64,000 nt of DNA from a virus (lineage: Duplodnaviria > Caudoviricetes). Each line of letters opens with the position of its first letter. The stretch's first letter is position 1. Shown here piece by piece: positions 38,089 through 48,113 of this stretch. The stretch lies in the IMG/VR virus record IMGVR_UViG_3300037243_000030, positions 2,512-66,511 of that record, one strand, 5' to 3'. Both the position numbers and the translations under genes were made by a program. The notes under the pieces are model-generated. The model had not been told where the DNA came from, did not search any database, and was given only the letters and a program-made list of their open reading frames with translations.

Positions 38089-38453
38089 ATTTGCGCCTTC
38101 CCAATAATAAAACTTTCTTCTACCGAACCAATAAGTTGCAATTTACCATCAATAACCCTGATTATAGTTTCTTTTCCGTGGCGACACTTAACAATAATTT
38201 CGGTATCATTCATTTCGGCTATTTTAACATTGTTGGAACAACTACAACGAATGTTTAAATATTCCGTTCTTGCTGGGCGAAATTTTCTAACTTTGTTTTC
38301 TTTTGAACAGTTTGAGTCGCCAAACTCCCGCATATTGTTTGTTGCTATTTCTAAGTTTTTTACAATTATTGTCTTGTTGTTTTTAATATAATCATCAAAA
38401 TACTTATCAAACAATTCTCCACACCTTGTATCCATTACTTGTTTCCTCCTCAC
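38085..38453 (-). CDS. Hypothetical protein with C-terminal Com-like Zn ribbon
   Basis: IRCSCSNNVKIAEM...IIVKCRH. Confidence 0.6.
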   Translation of the reverse strand: MRRKQVMDTRCGELFDKYFDDYIKNNKTIIVKNLEIATNNMREFGDSNCSKENKVRKFRPARTEYLNIRCSCSNNVKIAEMNDTEIIVKCRHGKETIIRVIDGKLQLIGSVEESFIIGKAQI

Positions 38454-38528
38454 ATAATATAAATTAACGGAGGTTCGTGGGGATTACCTCACAATTATAT
38501 GTTTTGGTACGTTACGTTCGGTCCATTG

Positions 38529-38660
38529 TTAAAAACCATAACAATCGTCCTCATGGTCAATAAATTGTAGGTAAACACTTAAAACAAAAATACTCCAAAT
38601 AAATCGAATATACCAACGAAACCATAGCGGCAATGTAAGCGTCACTGTATATTTATTCAT
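38529..38660 (-). CDS. Small membrane protein (43 aa)
   Basis: MNKYTVTLTLPLWFRWYIRFIWSIFVLSVYLQF... Confidence 0.4.
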   Translation of the reverse strand: MNKYTVTLTLPLWFRWYIRFIWSIFVLSVYLQFIDHEDDCYGF

Positions 38661-39485
38661 TCACGCCGCCACCCTCTCAAATTCACTTCGTCGCATCCTG
38701 CTAATCCGACCATTCATAAATACCCGAATCGGCCAGTTAATATATTTCAAATCTATCACCGGCGAAGCGATGCACCTGCAATTATATATCTCGCCAGGTC
38801 CGTATTTACCGGCGTCTTTCTCTCCGACTAACAATTCGGGGTGCGGTAAGTCATTCCAACTCATCAATACGCCATCCAAATTACGGTGCGATTCCCTGAC
38901 GCGACCGTCTTTACTGGTTCGCCATATGAAATAATTCAACCCTATATCCTGGGATTGCGCCTGCGTGAGCGCCGTCGACGCCTTACTTACTTCTGTCCGC
39001 GCTATCAAATTCACTCTACTCCGCGTCAACCCCGGCAGTCTCTCCCGTAAATCCACCGCAATATCTGCCGCACGTCTGCCGCACTGTTGTTGCTCCATCA
39101 CATATGAAGTTATCCACCGGGACACGTCTAGTGGCGCTGACGAAATTAAGCCAGCGTTCCAATCAATCTGCCTCCGCACCATATCGCCTACAGGGCCATT
39201 TAACGACTGTTTCAACGCCGCATATATTTCCCGTCCTCTAGTCCCCTCGGAAGCAGCCTCGCACCAACTCCGGGCGTTGTGTGCCTGCAGTGACGTAACC
39301 ATTCTGGACGCCATACCCAAGGCGACTGACCGGAATATGTCTGACGCTACGAATTCATTTATCCGCGTAAGATATCCTAGCGGGTCCATAAAATCAAAAT
39401 CGCCAAACACTTTATTTATCAATAAGTGCATGGCGTGCGCGTAGCGGGATTCGATTGAGCGGGGGGGCTGGAAATTATCTGACAT
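38661..39485 (-). CDS. Minor head morphogenesis protein (SPP1 gp7/Mu F family)
   Basis: LIARTEVSKA, WRTSKDGRVRESH, PGEIYNCRC. Confidence 0.92.
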   Translation of the reverse strand: MSDNFQPPRSIESRYAHAMHLLINKVFGDFDFMDPLGYLTRINEFVASDIFRSVALGMASRMVTSLQAHNARSWCEAASEGTRGREIYAALKQSLNGPVGDMVRRQIDWNAGLISSAPLDVSRWITSYVMEQQQCGRRAADIAVDLRERLPGLTRSRVNLIARTEVSKASTALTQAQSQDIGLNYFIWRTSKDGRVRESHRNLDGVLMSWNDLPHPELLVGEKDAGKYGPGEIYNCRCIASPVIDLKYINWPIRVFMNGRISRMRRSEFERVAA

Positions 39486-39642
39486 TTGCCATCCCTCTAA
39501 CTAAGGATTCTACAAGCGCTTCTCGCTCTGCTTCTGACTTTAACCGTTCCAGTGCGTTCCGTTTCTCCATCAAATATATAATTTCTTCCGGTGTCCCCTC
39601 ATACGTCGCCGACACTTCCCCAGCAGTTTCGGTGTATTTCAT
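39475..39642 (-). CDS. Small hypothetical protein (55 aa)
   Basis: GAGGTG RBS; MKYTETAGEVSATYEGTPEEI... Confidence 0.55.
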   Translation of the reverse strand: MKYTETAGEVSATYEGTPEEIIYLMEKRNALERLKSEAEREALVESLVRGMANVR

Positions 39643-39855
39643 TTATTCCACCTCTTCAATCGTGATCCGGACGCGCTTGCCGTCGTAATCGCGCAGAGTT
39701 TCCAAAACGTGGTTAATGTTTTCCCAGTGTTGAGACCAATATCCAAGTCCGTGACATCGATCACATTCTTCACGATCAGAAATATATGCCTCGCCTTCGC
39801 ACTCAGGACATATAAACACAACTTGTACTCTTTTAAATTCACCTTCGCCACTCAT
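39643..39855 (-). CDS. Zn-finger hypothetical protein
   Basis: CPECEG...CDRCHGLG; start MSGEGEF after GGAGG. Confidence 0.6.
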   Translation of the reverse strand: MSGEGEFKRVQVVFICPECEGEAYISDREECDRCHGLGYWSQHWENINHVLETLRDYDGKRVRITIEEVE

Positions 39856-40181
39856 CCCCCCACCTCCGGACCTTCCGGCAGAGGCTGCCAATGGGGAACG
39901 CACTCCATCGCCAATCCAAAAGAAGCATTATCGGTAACCCACATCGCTTCTTTTAATAGCTTACCTATCAGTATATTTTTATAATCTGTATAAATCATTA
40001 CTCTCTGGTTTTCTTCCGGCAACCTCTCGGCGACGCTAACCCACTGCGATTTAACCCGATATAGTTGCCGGCATAATGTGCAATCTAATTCGCCTATATC
40101 ATTTGACACTGGCGTCAGCGGAGTATCCATTACAGCACCGCCTTTTCGGCGGTCTCTTCTGTGTCGTTTTTTATCAACCAA
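39852..40181 (-). CDS. DUF551-like protein
   Basis: WVSVAERLPE...VPHWQPLPEGP. Confidence 0.75.
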   Translation of the reverse strand: MVDKKRHRRDRRKGGAVMDTPLTPVSNDIGELDCTLCRQLYRVKSQWVSVAERLPEENQRVMIYTDYKNILIGKLLKEAMWVTDNASFGLAMECVPHWQPLPEGPEVGG

Positions 40182-40438
40182 TCATGAACATCTTTTATCT
40201 TTTCGTCATGAGATAATACCTCTGATACGATTCTTATTATTTTTCGGTATGGTTTTTCAATTAATAAGTCATAAGAGTTAAGAAGTCCGTTGTACTTATA
40301 CCCGAGATCTTCCAGGATTTTTAATTTTTCTTCTCTTGTTTCCATCTTCAAATACCGCCTCCCGTATTTATTATGCCTTGTTATGGACGCCGCAGGAGTA
40401 AGGCAACTCTCTTCCCCGGCCAAGGTATCGGCGTCCAA
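40130..40438 (-). CDS. Hypothetical protein
   Basis: ORF; probable start at LKMETREEK. Confidence 0.5.
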   Translation of the reverse strand: MDADTLAGEESCLTPAASITRHNKYGRRYLKMETREEKLKILEDLGYKYNGLLNSYDLLIEKPYRKIIRIVSEVLSHDEKIKDVHDWLIKNDTEETAEKAVL

Positions 40439-40441
40439 ACT

Positions 40442-40729
40442 TTATTTCGAGTAAAAATTAAACATTTGTTCTTTAGTATATCCTTCCATAACTGATCCGC
40501 TATCAGCTACATTGAATCCCTTATCTGGGCCTTCTTGTATTTCGTAAGCATCTTCTAAAGCTATTAATTCTATGCCAGCAGGACATCCTTCGAAAGCTAT
40601 TGCGGACGTTCCGTCAATCTCAAACATTTTATAAACGTCTCCACGTTTAATGTTTTCCAATCCATCTTTTTGCCACTCCCCGTCACGCAACACCATAACA
40701 TAACGCTTATGCTCTATATCTGGATGCAT
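40442..40729 (-). CDS. Hypothetical protein
   Basis: 95 aa; IKRGDVYKMFE.DG pattern. Confidence 0.6.
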   Translation of the reverse strand: MHPDIEHKRYVMVLRDGEWQKDGLENIKRGDVYKMFEIDGTSAIAFEGCPAGIELIALEDAYEIQEGPDKGFNVADSGSVMEGYTKEQMFNFYSK

Positions 40730-40838
40730 GGTTATTTACCAGCTTTCTTTTTGGTTTTCGCCGGCTCAACCGGTCTCTCGGCTGATCTTACCGCCGCCTT
40801 CTCCATCAACTTACCCTGCATCTTATGTGCCGCCATTT

Positions 40839-42395
40839 TCACGATACCAACCTCCTCCAGAATCCGGGTTTGCTATCTGCAACTGGTTCTTTGGAATGCC
40901 CATATCTTTTCATATATTCCTCTTCGTCCATTTTTAAGGGTTCTTGTCTGTGTTTTTCTTTGTCGGAAGATTGCTCTCCACCAAGTGAACTAAAATCAAT
41001 ACTAGGTAAATCTCCCATATTACTGTACGTGTCATCTGCGGCTTCGATGTTCTCATCTGAAATCGCCGCAAACATCGATGTCGTCAATGACAACGTATGT
41101 AATTCCGTCACCGCCGCCCTCTGCGTCAGTAAATTCTCTTTATACGCATTAATTATACTATCGGATTTATTCTTAACCAAATTCGCCACCTGCTCGTCTG
41201 ATGGCGTTCGAACTGGATTATACCGATGCCCTAAATCGCTAGGTATCTTACCGAACTCACTCATAAACATTATCGGTAATAACTTATCAATCTTTGGACG
41301 CAATACCGTGTTCTGCTGCTGGGCTATCATGTCGTAATAATTCTGTAAATCACCTTCGCCCGTAGCGTTCATTCCAGCAGGAGATCGACCAAATAATCGG
41401 GATACAGGGATATCGCATGCGCCGGATATATCCATCATTTGAGATTCGGAGATTTCGTTTAGACCAGTAAATGTATAATTCAACGCCTTAACATCATCAT
41501 GCTCGCCGACAACCATCATACTGCTATTGGATCGCAATGTATTCTGCGCCTGTTTTACGTTGTAAAAATCCTGTTGCATCTGAGGATCGCCAATCGCCAG
41601 TAGTTGGTCAAGACCCGCGACGGTATTCACAAGAACATTGCTCTGGAAAACTAATCCCGCAATATTCCACGAGGTGTTGTCGCGCTTAACTATTTCTTCG
41701 TAAAGGTGTTCAACCTCGCTAGCCCCCCACATTATCGTGTTTAAGGATTCCCAAAACGGAAGCTTGCGACCATCAAACCGAATTATGCGGGTGTGGTGTA
41801 CTTTCTCCATTAACTTTTCTGTGGTTTCGTCGCGGACTTCATAATACAGTGGCAGTCCAAAATCAGGATCGTCGATATCCTCGATAATTTCTACTGACGG
41901 ATATATACCAGACCAACGGTCCAGGATCAGTAATCCTTTAAACGTGTTCGGCAGGATGTCTTCGACGACCAGTGGTTCCGTTAATTTGTCTTCGTCGCCC
42001 TGAATCATAATCAATCCACCGGCACCACCGTATAATCTACCCCAATACAAACCTTCCGCTAATTTCTCTTTTATCTTTGTTCGCCGTTCCAGCTTGTCGT
42101 ATCTGTCTTGCTGCTCTGGTGTAATCTCGCAGGTCAGTGAGAACCAGTTTTTTATGCAATCGTCCGGGATGGTGTTAATAATTTTTTTAAAGATCCAGTT
42201 GTTGCGGTAAAGACTATTACAGAGCGAATAGTTCTGGCTAAGACGAGTTATTGGGTACGCGCTTTCAGACATAAAATTAGCAGACCCGACCGCGCCAAGT
42301 CTACTAATCGCATTAACAAAGGTATCTAACGCACTCCCGCGCGTATTCTTCTGTTCCTGGGGGCGTTCTACTGCCCGTTTATTTCGTTTCGACAA
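40839..42395 (-). CDS. Portal protein (DUF1073 family)
   Basis: LYRNNWIFKKIINTIPDDC, RLYGGAG, VHHTRIIRFDG, DIPVSRLFGRSPAGMNATGEGD. Confidence 0.9.
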   Translation of the reverse strand: MSKRNKRAVERPQEQKNTRGSALDTFVNAISRLGAVGSANFMSESAYPITRLSQNYSLCNSLYRNNWIFKKIINTIPDDCIKNWFSLTCEITPEQQDRYDKLERRTKIKEKLAEGLYWGRLYGGAGGLIMIQGDEDKLTEPLVVEDILPNTFKGLLILDRWSGIYPSVEIIEDIDDPDFGLPLYYEVRDETTEKLMEKVHHTRIIRFDGRKLPFWESLNTIMWGASEVEHLYEEIVKRDNTSWNIAGLVFQSNVLVNTVAGLDQLLAIGDPQMQQDFYNVKQAQNTLRSNSSMMVVGEHDDVKALNYTFTGLNEISESQMMDISGACDIPVSRLFGRSPAGMNATGEGDLQNYYDMIAQQQNTVLRPKIDKLLPIMFMSEFGKIPSDLGHRYNPVRTPSDEQVANLVKNKSDSIINAYKENLLTQRAAVTELHTLSLTTSMFAAISDENIEAADDTYSNMGDLPSIDFSSLGGEQSSDKEKHRQEPLKMDEEEYMKRYGHSKEPVADSKPGFWRRLVS

Positions 42396-42400
42396 TTAGG

Positions 42401-42589
42401 TCACCCCCATCTTTCCAGCAGTTCCGTCAACTGCCTTACGTGGTCATGCTCGTCGTTTATAATTTCAATCAGCACCGCTCGCACGCCCGCGTCGGTTATC
42501 GAATTCAAGTGCGCCTGGTATAACTCAATCGCGCCAATCTCGGATTCGAGGTCCGCGCGGAGTTTCGTTATTAGTTCGAAATTATTCAT
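42401..42589 (-). CDS. Small ferritin-like (half four-helix-bundle) protein
   Basis: LRADLESEIGAIELY...IINDEHDH: ExxA..Y and DExxH di-iron pattern. Confidence 0.75.
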   Translation of the reverse strand: MNNFELITKLRADLESEIGAIELYQAHLNSITDAGVRAVLIEIINDEHDHVRQLTELLERWG

Positions 42590-42635
42590 CGCTGTGCACG
42601 CCTTATTGGCGGTGTCTGAGTAATAGTTTCCCATA

Positions 42636-42773
42636 CTAAAACTCGCGTTTAAGAGCAGTGTAAACATCAATAAGTTGGGCTAAGTCGGCCAGATTAACGT
42701 CTTGGTTACATTTCAGTATCGAATCGCATCGGTCAACTATCAGTTTTTCCATCACGTCAATAACCCTATCCAC
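42636..42773 (-). CDS. Small hypothetical protein (45 aa)
   Basis: GAGGAG RBS then GTG; MDRVIDVMEKLIVDRC... Confidence 0.5.
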   Translation of the reverse strand: MDRVIDVMEKLIVDRCDSILKCNQDVNLADLAQLIDVYTALKREF

Positions 42774-42790
42774 TAAAATCCACTCCTCTA

Positions 42791-44344
42791 CTATCTCATT
42801 CCCGCCCTATACCGTAATCCTGACTCGGAGAGCATTTCTATTAGCATTGTTGCACCGTCTGCGGCGTCATCATGTTCGTTTTTACCCATAATCACGTACC
42901 CGGTTAAATTATCCATAAACTTCGCGTAATCACTATTCAGCGCATAGTCCGACCGGAACCAAACATGTTCCTTAACGGCGCCAGAAGACAATAATATGCG
43001 TGTTTCTTTGTTCGTTGTGGTAAACGACGGCTGTATTTGTGTTATCGACCGAGCCTTCCATAACTCGCGTTTCAGGTTGTTGCAATAAATCTCGCCGCCG
43101 GCGTTCGATTCCACACGGCACTTACGAACCTTATACCGTTTCAGCATTTCAATAGTTAAAGGCTCCGTCACTGTGATCGGAGCCTGGGTGAATATGCAGT
43201 CAATTATATAAATCCGTGATTCGAACAACACAGCAACCAGCAAACAATAATAATCGGTACCCTTATCGGCTATATCGATTACACCAACAAACGTCTTGTA
43301 ATAATCGCCTTCCGTCTGAATATCTGCCAGTGTAAACCGATTCAGGGATTCGACCGGGAACAGTAGACCTTCGGCAGGTTTGGGGTCTTGCTGGTACATA
43401 GACAGGAAGATAACTTGGTTTTGTTGTTTGATTTCAAGCAATCTCTCGAGCGAATGCCTAGATGGCCATAACGCTTCGCCTTCTAACCGAGGATCTTCTG
43501 TATTGGGTGGTCCTAGTTTAACGGCTGGGAATATTACTTGATGCCACTTTCCTGGCTCCCGTTTTAATATCGTGCCAGCAAGGTCGTCTGGATGCCAGCG
43601 GGTCAGCGTAATTAATTGCTGGCTGTCGTTGTGAAGGCGGGTTCGAAATACCGAGTCGTACCAATCCTGCACGTTTGCGCGTACCGTCGGGCTCCAGGCG
43701 TCCTGGGCGTCTTTATAAGGATCATCTATAATACCAATATCAACGGCGCGACCTGTTAAACCACCACCAACGCCAACGGCTATAAAACTGCCCTTTTTGT
43801 GGAGTATTTCAAACTCTTCAGTAGTACGAATATATCCAGCGCCACGATTCGGAAGTTTGGTGTCTGGATATAATTGCTGATATTTTGGATCTTCGATGAT
43901 TCGCTGAACATCGCGGCCCCATTTAGCCGCAAAAGTTGTGTTATAACTCGCTATAGCGACTTTAAAATTCGGATTATCGCCAAGGAGTTTGGCGGGTAAA
44001 TTAACCGAGCATAACAAACTCTTGCCGTTTTGCGGTGGCATAAACACCATCAACTTCCGAATTTCGCCTCTCGCGAACCTGTCCAGAGCCGCCGCGTATC
44101 TATCGTGATGCCAGTTAACTTGGTATGTGGGCATTGTGTATGTAACGAAGTCGATTAACCGCGTACGAGCGGCATATACTTGCTGTTCCTCAAGTAATTT
44201 AAGGAGTTCTAATTGTTCAGTATCTGACATTGGCATGTTATCACCCCACACCCCCGAATACCAGCAGGGGATAAAAACCATGAATTGGCGCCCGACCTGT
44301 TTGTCATGTAAGTACCCAAACCGTGGTAACAACGTGAATAACAA
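42791..44344 (-). CDS. terL: Terminase large subunit (likely start near 44236)
   Basis: MPPQNGKS (Walker A), GIIDDPYKD (Walker B), DIADKGTDY, HDDAADG nuclease motif. Confidence 0.95.
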   Translation of the reverse strand: MLFTLLPRFGYLHDKQVGRQFMVFIPCWYSGVWGDNMPMSDTEQLELLKLLEEQQVYAARTRLIDFVTYTMPTYQVNWHHDRYAAALDRFARGEIRKLMVFMPPQNGKSLLCSVNLPAKLLGDNPNFKVAIASYNTTFAAKWGRDVQRIIEDPKYQQLYPDTKLPNRGAGYIRTTEEFEILHKKGSFIAVGVGGGLTGRAVDIGIIDDPYKDAQDAWSPTVRANVQDWYDSVFRTRLHNDSQQLITLTRWHPDDLAGTILKREPGKWHQVIFPAVKLGPPNTEDPRLEGEALWPSRHSLERLLEIKQQNQVIFLSMYQQDPKPAEGLLFPVESLNRFTLADIQTEGDYYKTFVGVIDIADKGTDYYCLLVAVLFESRIYIIDCIFTQAPITVTEPLTIEMLKRYKVRKCRVESNAGGEIYCNNLKRELWKARSITQIQPSFTTTNKETRILLSSGAVKEHVWFRSDYALNSDYAKFMDNLTGYVIMGKNEHDDAADGATMLIEMLSESGLRYRAGMR

Positions 44345-44469
44345 CTGTCTAGTTAGACTTATAGACCTTAAATTAAAACTGTCAATAAATTAAAAATTCA
44401 ACTCTAAACTGACGCAATTTAACGACTTACTTGACATCAAGTTAGAGTATACTTTACATTGACACTTTA

Positions 44470-44931
44470 TTAAGTCCCCGGCGGCAACTGTTTAGCCAGC
44501 AGTTCAGTGATTCGTTGTTGCCTTTGCTCGGGCGTCATCGCTTCGAGTTGGATTGGGCCACCAGCAGGGCCGGTAACCTCCTGAGTAGTGACATCTTTCT
44601 GCTCAAGGTACTGTTTACCGAGCCATATCAACATTGTGACGTTGCCGTCCATAGCCGATTCAATCTGTCTCCTACGAAGAGACATTCGTCCACCAGCGGA
44701 CGCCTTTTTGTAGTAATCCGCAAAACCAGCGTTATATTGCTTTTTAACCGCTCTTTCTATTGTGTCAACAGAACAATTAAAAAACGATGCTATTTCTAGT
44801 TGTGTTGCTTGCATATAACACAACTTATCAAACAATTTCCAATCAATCTCTATTGTTGGCCTACCACCTAAGTTTCTTAAATCCGGTAAATTGTCGTCTG
44901 TATTCTCTTCCATACTCTCACCCACAATCAA
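44470..44931 (-). CDS. terS: Terminase small subunit
   Basis: GGRPTIEIDW, EIASFFNCSVDTIER, GNVTMLIWLGKQYLEQKD, EVTGPAGGPI. Confidence 0.85.
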   Translation of the reverse strand: MIVGESMEENTDDNLPDLRNLGGRPTIEIDWKLFDKLCYMQATQLEIASFFNCSVDTIERAVKKQYNAGFADYYKKASAGGRMSLRRRQIESAMDGNVTMLIWLGKQYLEQKDVTTQEVTGPAGGPIQLEAMTPEQRQQRITELLAKQLPPGT

Positions 44932-44978
44932 TTTAAACCTATCTGTTTGCCCCGTAGAGCGATTATAAATATGTTTTA

Positions 44979-45212
44979 TTAAAATACTGCGTGCAGCCCT
45001 GGTTTTTGCTTCCAGACCCCACGACGACCTTTATAAACACCAAGAACATTTCTATTAGGACGCATTAAATCTTTAATAACTCCTTTGGAATCGAAACCCA
45101 AACAAGTTTTCCCTGAGTTGGTTGTTTTAGGATTAGGATGCTTGCATTTGCCATTCGTAACCCACAAACATTCACCACAATCAGCCATTGGAATAAAACT
45201 AACTTCTTTCAT
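44979..45212 (-). CDS. Cys-rich hypothetical protein
   Basis: CGECLW...CKHP...CLGF. Confidence 0.6.
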   Translation of the reverse strand: MKEVSFIPMADCGECLWVTNGKCKHPNPKTTNSGKTCLGFDSKGVIKDLMRPNRNVLGVYKGRRGVWKQKPGLHAVF

Positions 45213-45230
45213 AAAATCCTCTCCCCAAAT

Positions 45231-45315
45231 AAAAAAACCGCCCTTAAAAGGACGGTTTATGTGTTCGTAGACTTTGAACAGTTTAATGATAACATGGAGA
45301 ATATTAAGATTTCAA
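45231..45315 (-). promoter_or_regulatory. Putative late promoter followed by a terminator hairpin
   Basis: TTGAAA-N18-TATCAT with TGn (45315-45286); AAACCGTCC-TTTTAA-GGGCGGTTT-TTTT. Confidence 0.5.
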
Positions 45316-45338
45316 TAAAGTAAACCTCTATTAATTCT

Positions 45339-45752
45339 CTATATTTTTATATTTCTTTTAAAACAATAAATTAATTCGTGTTTCCATTTCCATAAAGTCG
45401 GATATGAAACATTAAGCCTTTCAGCAATAATACTGGGTTTCAATTTCTCCCAATAATACAACTCACAAATCCGTTGCAGTTCCGGTAAGAGCGTGTCGTA
45501 AATCGCCTCCACCTGCCGACATATCACATATGATATATTTTCACTATCGGCATTCCTAATAGCGAATTTTGAAGTTGAATCACTAACATCCGTTCCCCTC
45601 GGCATGTCCAGTGAATCGTAATTAGGAATACAACTAGGCGTAAGGGACAGCATTTCGGTGTCAAGTTTGTATTGCGGGTAGTCCCAGAGAATAGCCTCAA
45701 CAGGATCAGAGTATTTATGTTTGGGACTTGCTATCTTCCAGTTATTATTCAT
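45339..45752 (-). CDS. ArpU/RinA-family late transcription activator
   Basis: VEAILWDYP, SDSTSKFAIR, RICELYYWEK...IAERLNVS. Confidence 0.8.
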   Translation of the reverse strand: MNNNWKIASPKHKYSDPVEAILWDYPQYKLDTEMLSLTPSCIPNYDSLDMPRGTDVSDSTSKFAIRNADSENISYVICRQVEAIYDTLLPELQRICELYYWEKLKPSIIAERLNVSYPTLWKWKHELIYCFKRNIKI

Positions 45753-45906
45753 GGACTAGCCTCCCCTTGTTATTATATCTCTATTATAGTTGTATTTGCG
45801 TTATTTGTAAATACTACTATGTTAACTTATTATTCCAGCAGCCACTGGGACGCGATTTTGTTTTGTTGGGTGTAGTCGAGCATATGTAAATTTCCTCCCG
45901 ACTTAA

Positions 45907-46194
45907 TTAATTACAAATATTAGAGTTTGGTTTATAGAGCAGTTCCAAATCACTAACAAAAACCCATGTTGATTTATTGTTGCTTTTAATAATTGCATAA
46001 GAATGGAATTCGTCTATTTCCACATGGGTTAACATGCCGCAAACCCTATGCCAACTTGAACCAACAATATCGCCAAATTCTATATTGTTTTTTCTTAAGT
46101 GTCTATTGCATCGTTCGGCTGATGAAGGTTGGCAATAATCAAGATCGTCTTGTAATTTTATTTCTGTAATATTAACTTTAGGGTGTTTAAACAT
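45907..46194 (-). CDS. Hypothetical protein
   Basis: 95-aa ORF. Confidence 0.55.
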   Translation of the reverse strand: MFKHPKVNITEIKLQDDLDYCQPSSAERCNRHLRKNNIEFGDIVGSSWHRVCGMLTHVEIDEFHSYAIIKSNNKSTWVFVSDLELLYKPNSNICN

Positions 46195-46198
46195 TATT

Positions 46199-46495
46199 TT
46201 ACTCCCTGATCGCTAATTTATCTAAATCAACATGCTTATATCGATCATGTTCCTCGGCTTGTTTGGCATCGTTAAAGCTGGTGATCTCACTGAGGTAGCC
46301 CGTTATCCGCCGAATCCTGATAATCGGCGACCGTTCCTTACATCTCACTTCGACGTACTCCCCATCAACCACAATTTCAGCCCGATCAATAGGTTTCTTC
46401 CAGATTTTTAACTCCTGTTTGATATATTCAGTCGCCTCTTCGAGAGTCATTTCTGCGGGGTAAATGGTGGTGATGCCAAGTATAATATTTTGCAA
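46199..46495 (-). CDS. Small protein matching the anaerobic RNR (NrdD) C-terminal glycyl-radical segment
   Basis: RIRRITGYLS...FNDAKQAEEHDR. Confidence 0.8.
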   Translation of the reverse strand: MQNIILGITTIYPAEMTLEEATEYIKQELKIWKKPIDRAEIVVDGEYVEVRCKERSPIIRIRRITGYLSEITSFNDAKQAEEHDRYKHVDLDKLAIRE

Positions 46496-46731
46496 TTGAT
46501 TGCCCTCCCAAATATAGAATGAATAGCGCGATGATAAACCAGGGGAATAGGTTGACGTAGATGATTAGGCGGAGCCAAGCAGTTAAAGTCATAAAATAAC
46601 ATCATCTTTGTTAGACTCGTTTAATAATCCGTGGGTTAAAGTTTTAATCATATTTTTGTCATTGTCGCTAATAATGTTTTTAATAATTAACACCATCAAT
46701 AACGCTTCCACAATGGCTTCCTCGCGTGACA

Positions 46732-47448
46732 TCACAGCACCCCCGCTTCCCTTAGTTTATTGAGCGCACTCCGTAATGGTTCAAACTCAAATTCTAATGC
46801 TTCAATTTCATCGCATTCATCAAAACTATTCATAGTTGTATAAGCGTCTTGCGGGGCTAGGGCTTGCTGGGCTATTGCATACACCTTGCGCTCATCCCAG
46901 TCTAATATTGACGCGCGTTGATCTTTATAAATTAAGTAAATCTGGCTTAATGCTTCTCCCAACACAGCAATCCTCTGTTCCTTGGCGGCAAGCTGCTCTT
47001 CTAAATCGCGCCACTTGTGGTCAGCTTTCATGAATTTTTCTTGAAATCGCCGCATATCAGCATAATCTCTTTCTGCTTCTTTTGTTTTGGCGGCAATCTG
47101 CTGCTCTGCTGCTTTCGCTTTTTTGCGTAGTGCTTCGCAAATCATAATATGGGCAACATCGTCTCGAATTTGTGTTTTTTCATATTCTTGGCACCGCTTT
47201 TGCATTTCGGCGTTTTGCTGTTTTAATCCAGCAATTTCCCTGCAATCAATTATAGCTTCATCACGGTATCCGCTGTTCATAAGTTGAACTTCTTTGATTT
47301 TTTCTTGCAGTTCATCGTTTTCGGTACGAAGTTGATGTACCTCGCGTAGATATGGCAGCACCATTTCAGACCATCTTGATCTATTGCCGGTAGCGGTAAT
47401 GTCAAGGACAAATTTTTCTATATCTTTGATTAATTCATCTAGATTCAC
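46732..47448 (-). CDS. Coiled-coil hypothetical protein
   Basis: 238 aa heptad-rich. Confidence 0.7.
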   Translation of the reverse strand: MNLDELIKDIEKFVLDITATGNRSRWSEMVLPYLREVHQLRTENDELQEKIKEVQLMNSGYRDEAIIDCREIAGLKQQNAEMQKRCQEYEKTQIRDDVAHIMICEALRKKAKAAEQQIAAKTKEAERDYADMRRFQEKFMKADHKWRDLEEQLAAKEQRIAVLGEALSQIYLIYKDQRASILDWDERKVYAIAQQALAPQDAYTTMNSFDECDEIEALEFEFEPLRSALNKLREAGVL

Positions 47449-48113
47449 CCGCGCTCACCCCTCTGCTCCTCGTATTTGGCTAATGCATCACGAAGTTTTA
47501 TTTTATCACTTGTCAATACTCCACCATGTTCTTCATAATTTATAACTTCTTTAGCCGCCTCCGCCACATTTACAGCCAGCAGGAGATATGCGCTCATACT
47601 GGGATTATGCTCCCAGGTTAATTCATATCCATCCAAACTTTTCGCGTACTGTAGCCGTTTTAAGTGAGTTTGCCTAACAATATCCCTGTAGAGTTTTTCA
47701 TCCGTTTTTGCTATATCATCAGTAGTATCAATATTATCAAGTAAGTCCCATAGTTTTTCTGCTACTTTTAGATTAGCCGCACATTCCGCCACTTTGTGTT
47801 TTAGATGGTTTTGGACTCGTTCAAGGTTGTTTTTATACGCCTGGTTGTCGGCTTCAAGCTGGGCTATGCGGTTCTGCTTTTCTAATAGCTGCCTTCCAGC
47901 ATCTCGTATACCTGACTTTAACTGTGTTATCTGACCTGTCATAACTTTGCTATCACGAATTAAATCTGTTAAATTTTCTCTATGCTGTTGCCGCGCCTGT
48001 TCGCTTGCTTTTAATTGTTCGCGCAGTTTTTCCTGTTCTAAAAAAAATCCACATTTTGTATAATTACAGTCCAAATCATTCGACCTCCTCTGTATGTGTT
48101 GGGTCGTTCCCAC
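47445..48113 (-). CDS. Coiled-coil hypothetical protein (likely start TTG 48074)
   Basis: ORF; GAGGAGG upstream of TTG. Confidence 0.65.
   Translation of the reverse strand: MGTTQHIQRRSNDLDCNYTKCGFFLEQEKLREQLKASEQARQQHRENLTDLIRDSKVMTGQITQLKSGIRDAGRQLLEKQNRIAQLEADNQAYKNNLERVQNHLKHKVAECAANLKVAEKLWDLLDNIDTTDDIAKTDEKLYRDIVRQTHLKRLQYAKSLDGYELTWEHNPSMSAYLLLAVNVAEAAKEVINYEEHGGVLTSDKIKLRDALAKYEEQRGERG

Noticed and set aside
40839-42395. Anti-CBASS Acb1 label sometimes attached to DUF1073 proteins
   Set aside because: Size, motifs and position between terminase and gp7-like gene indicate a portal
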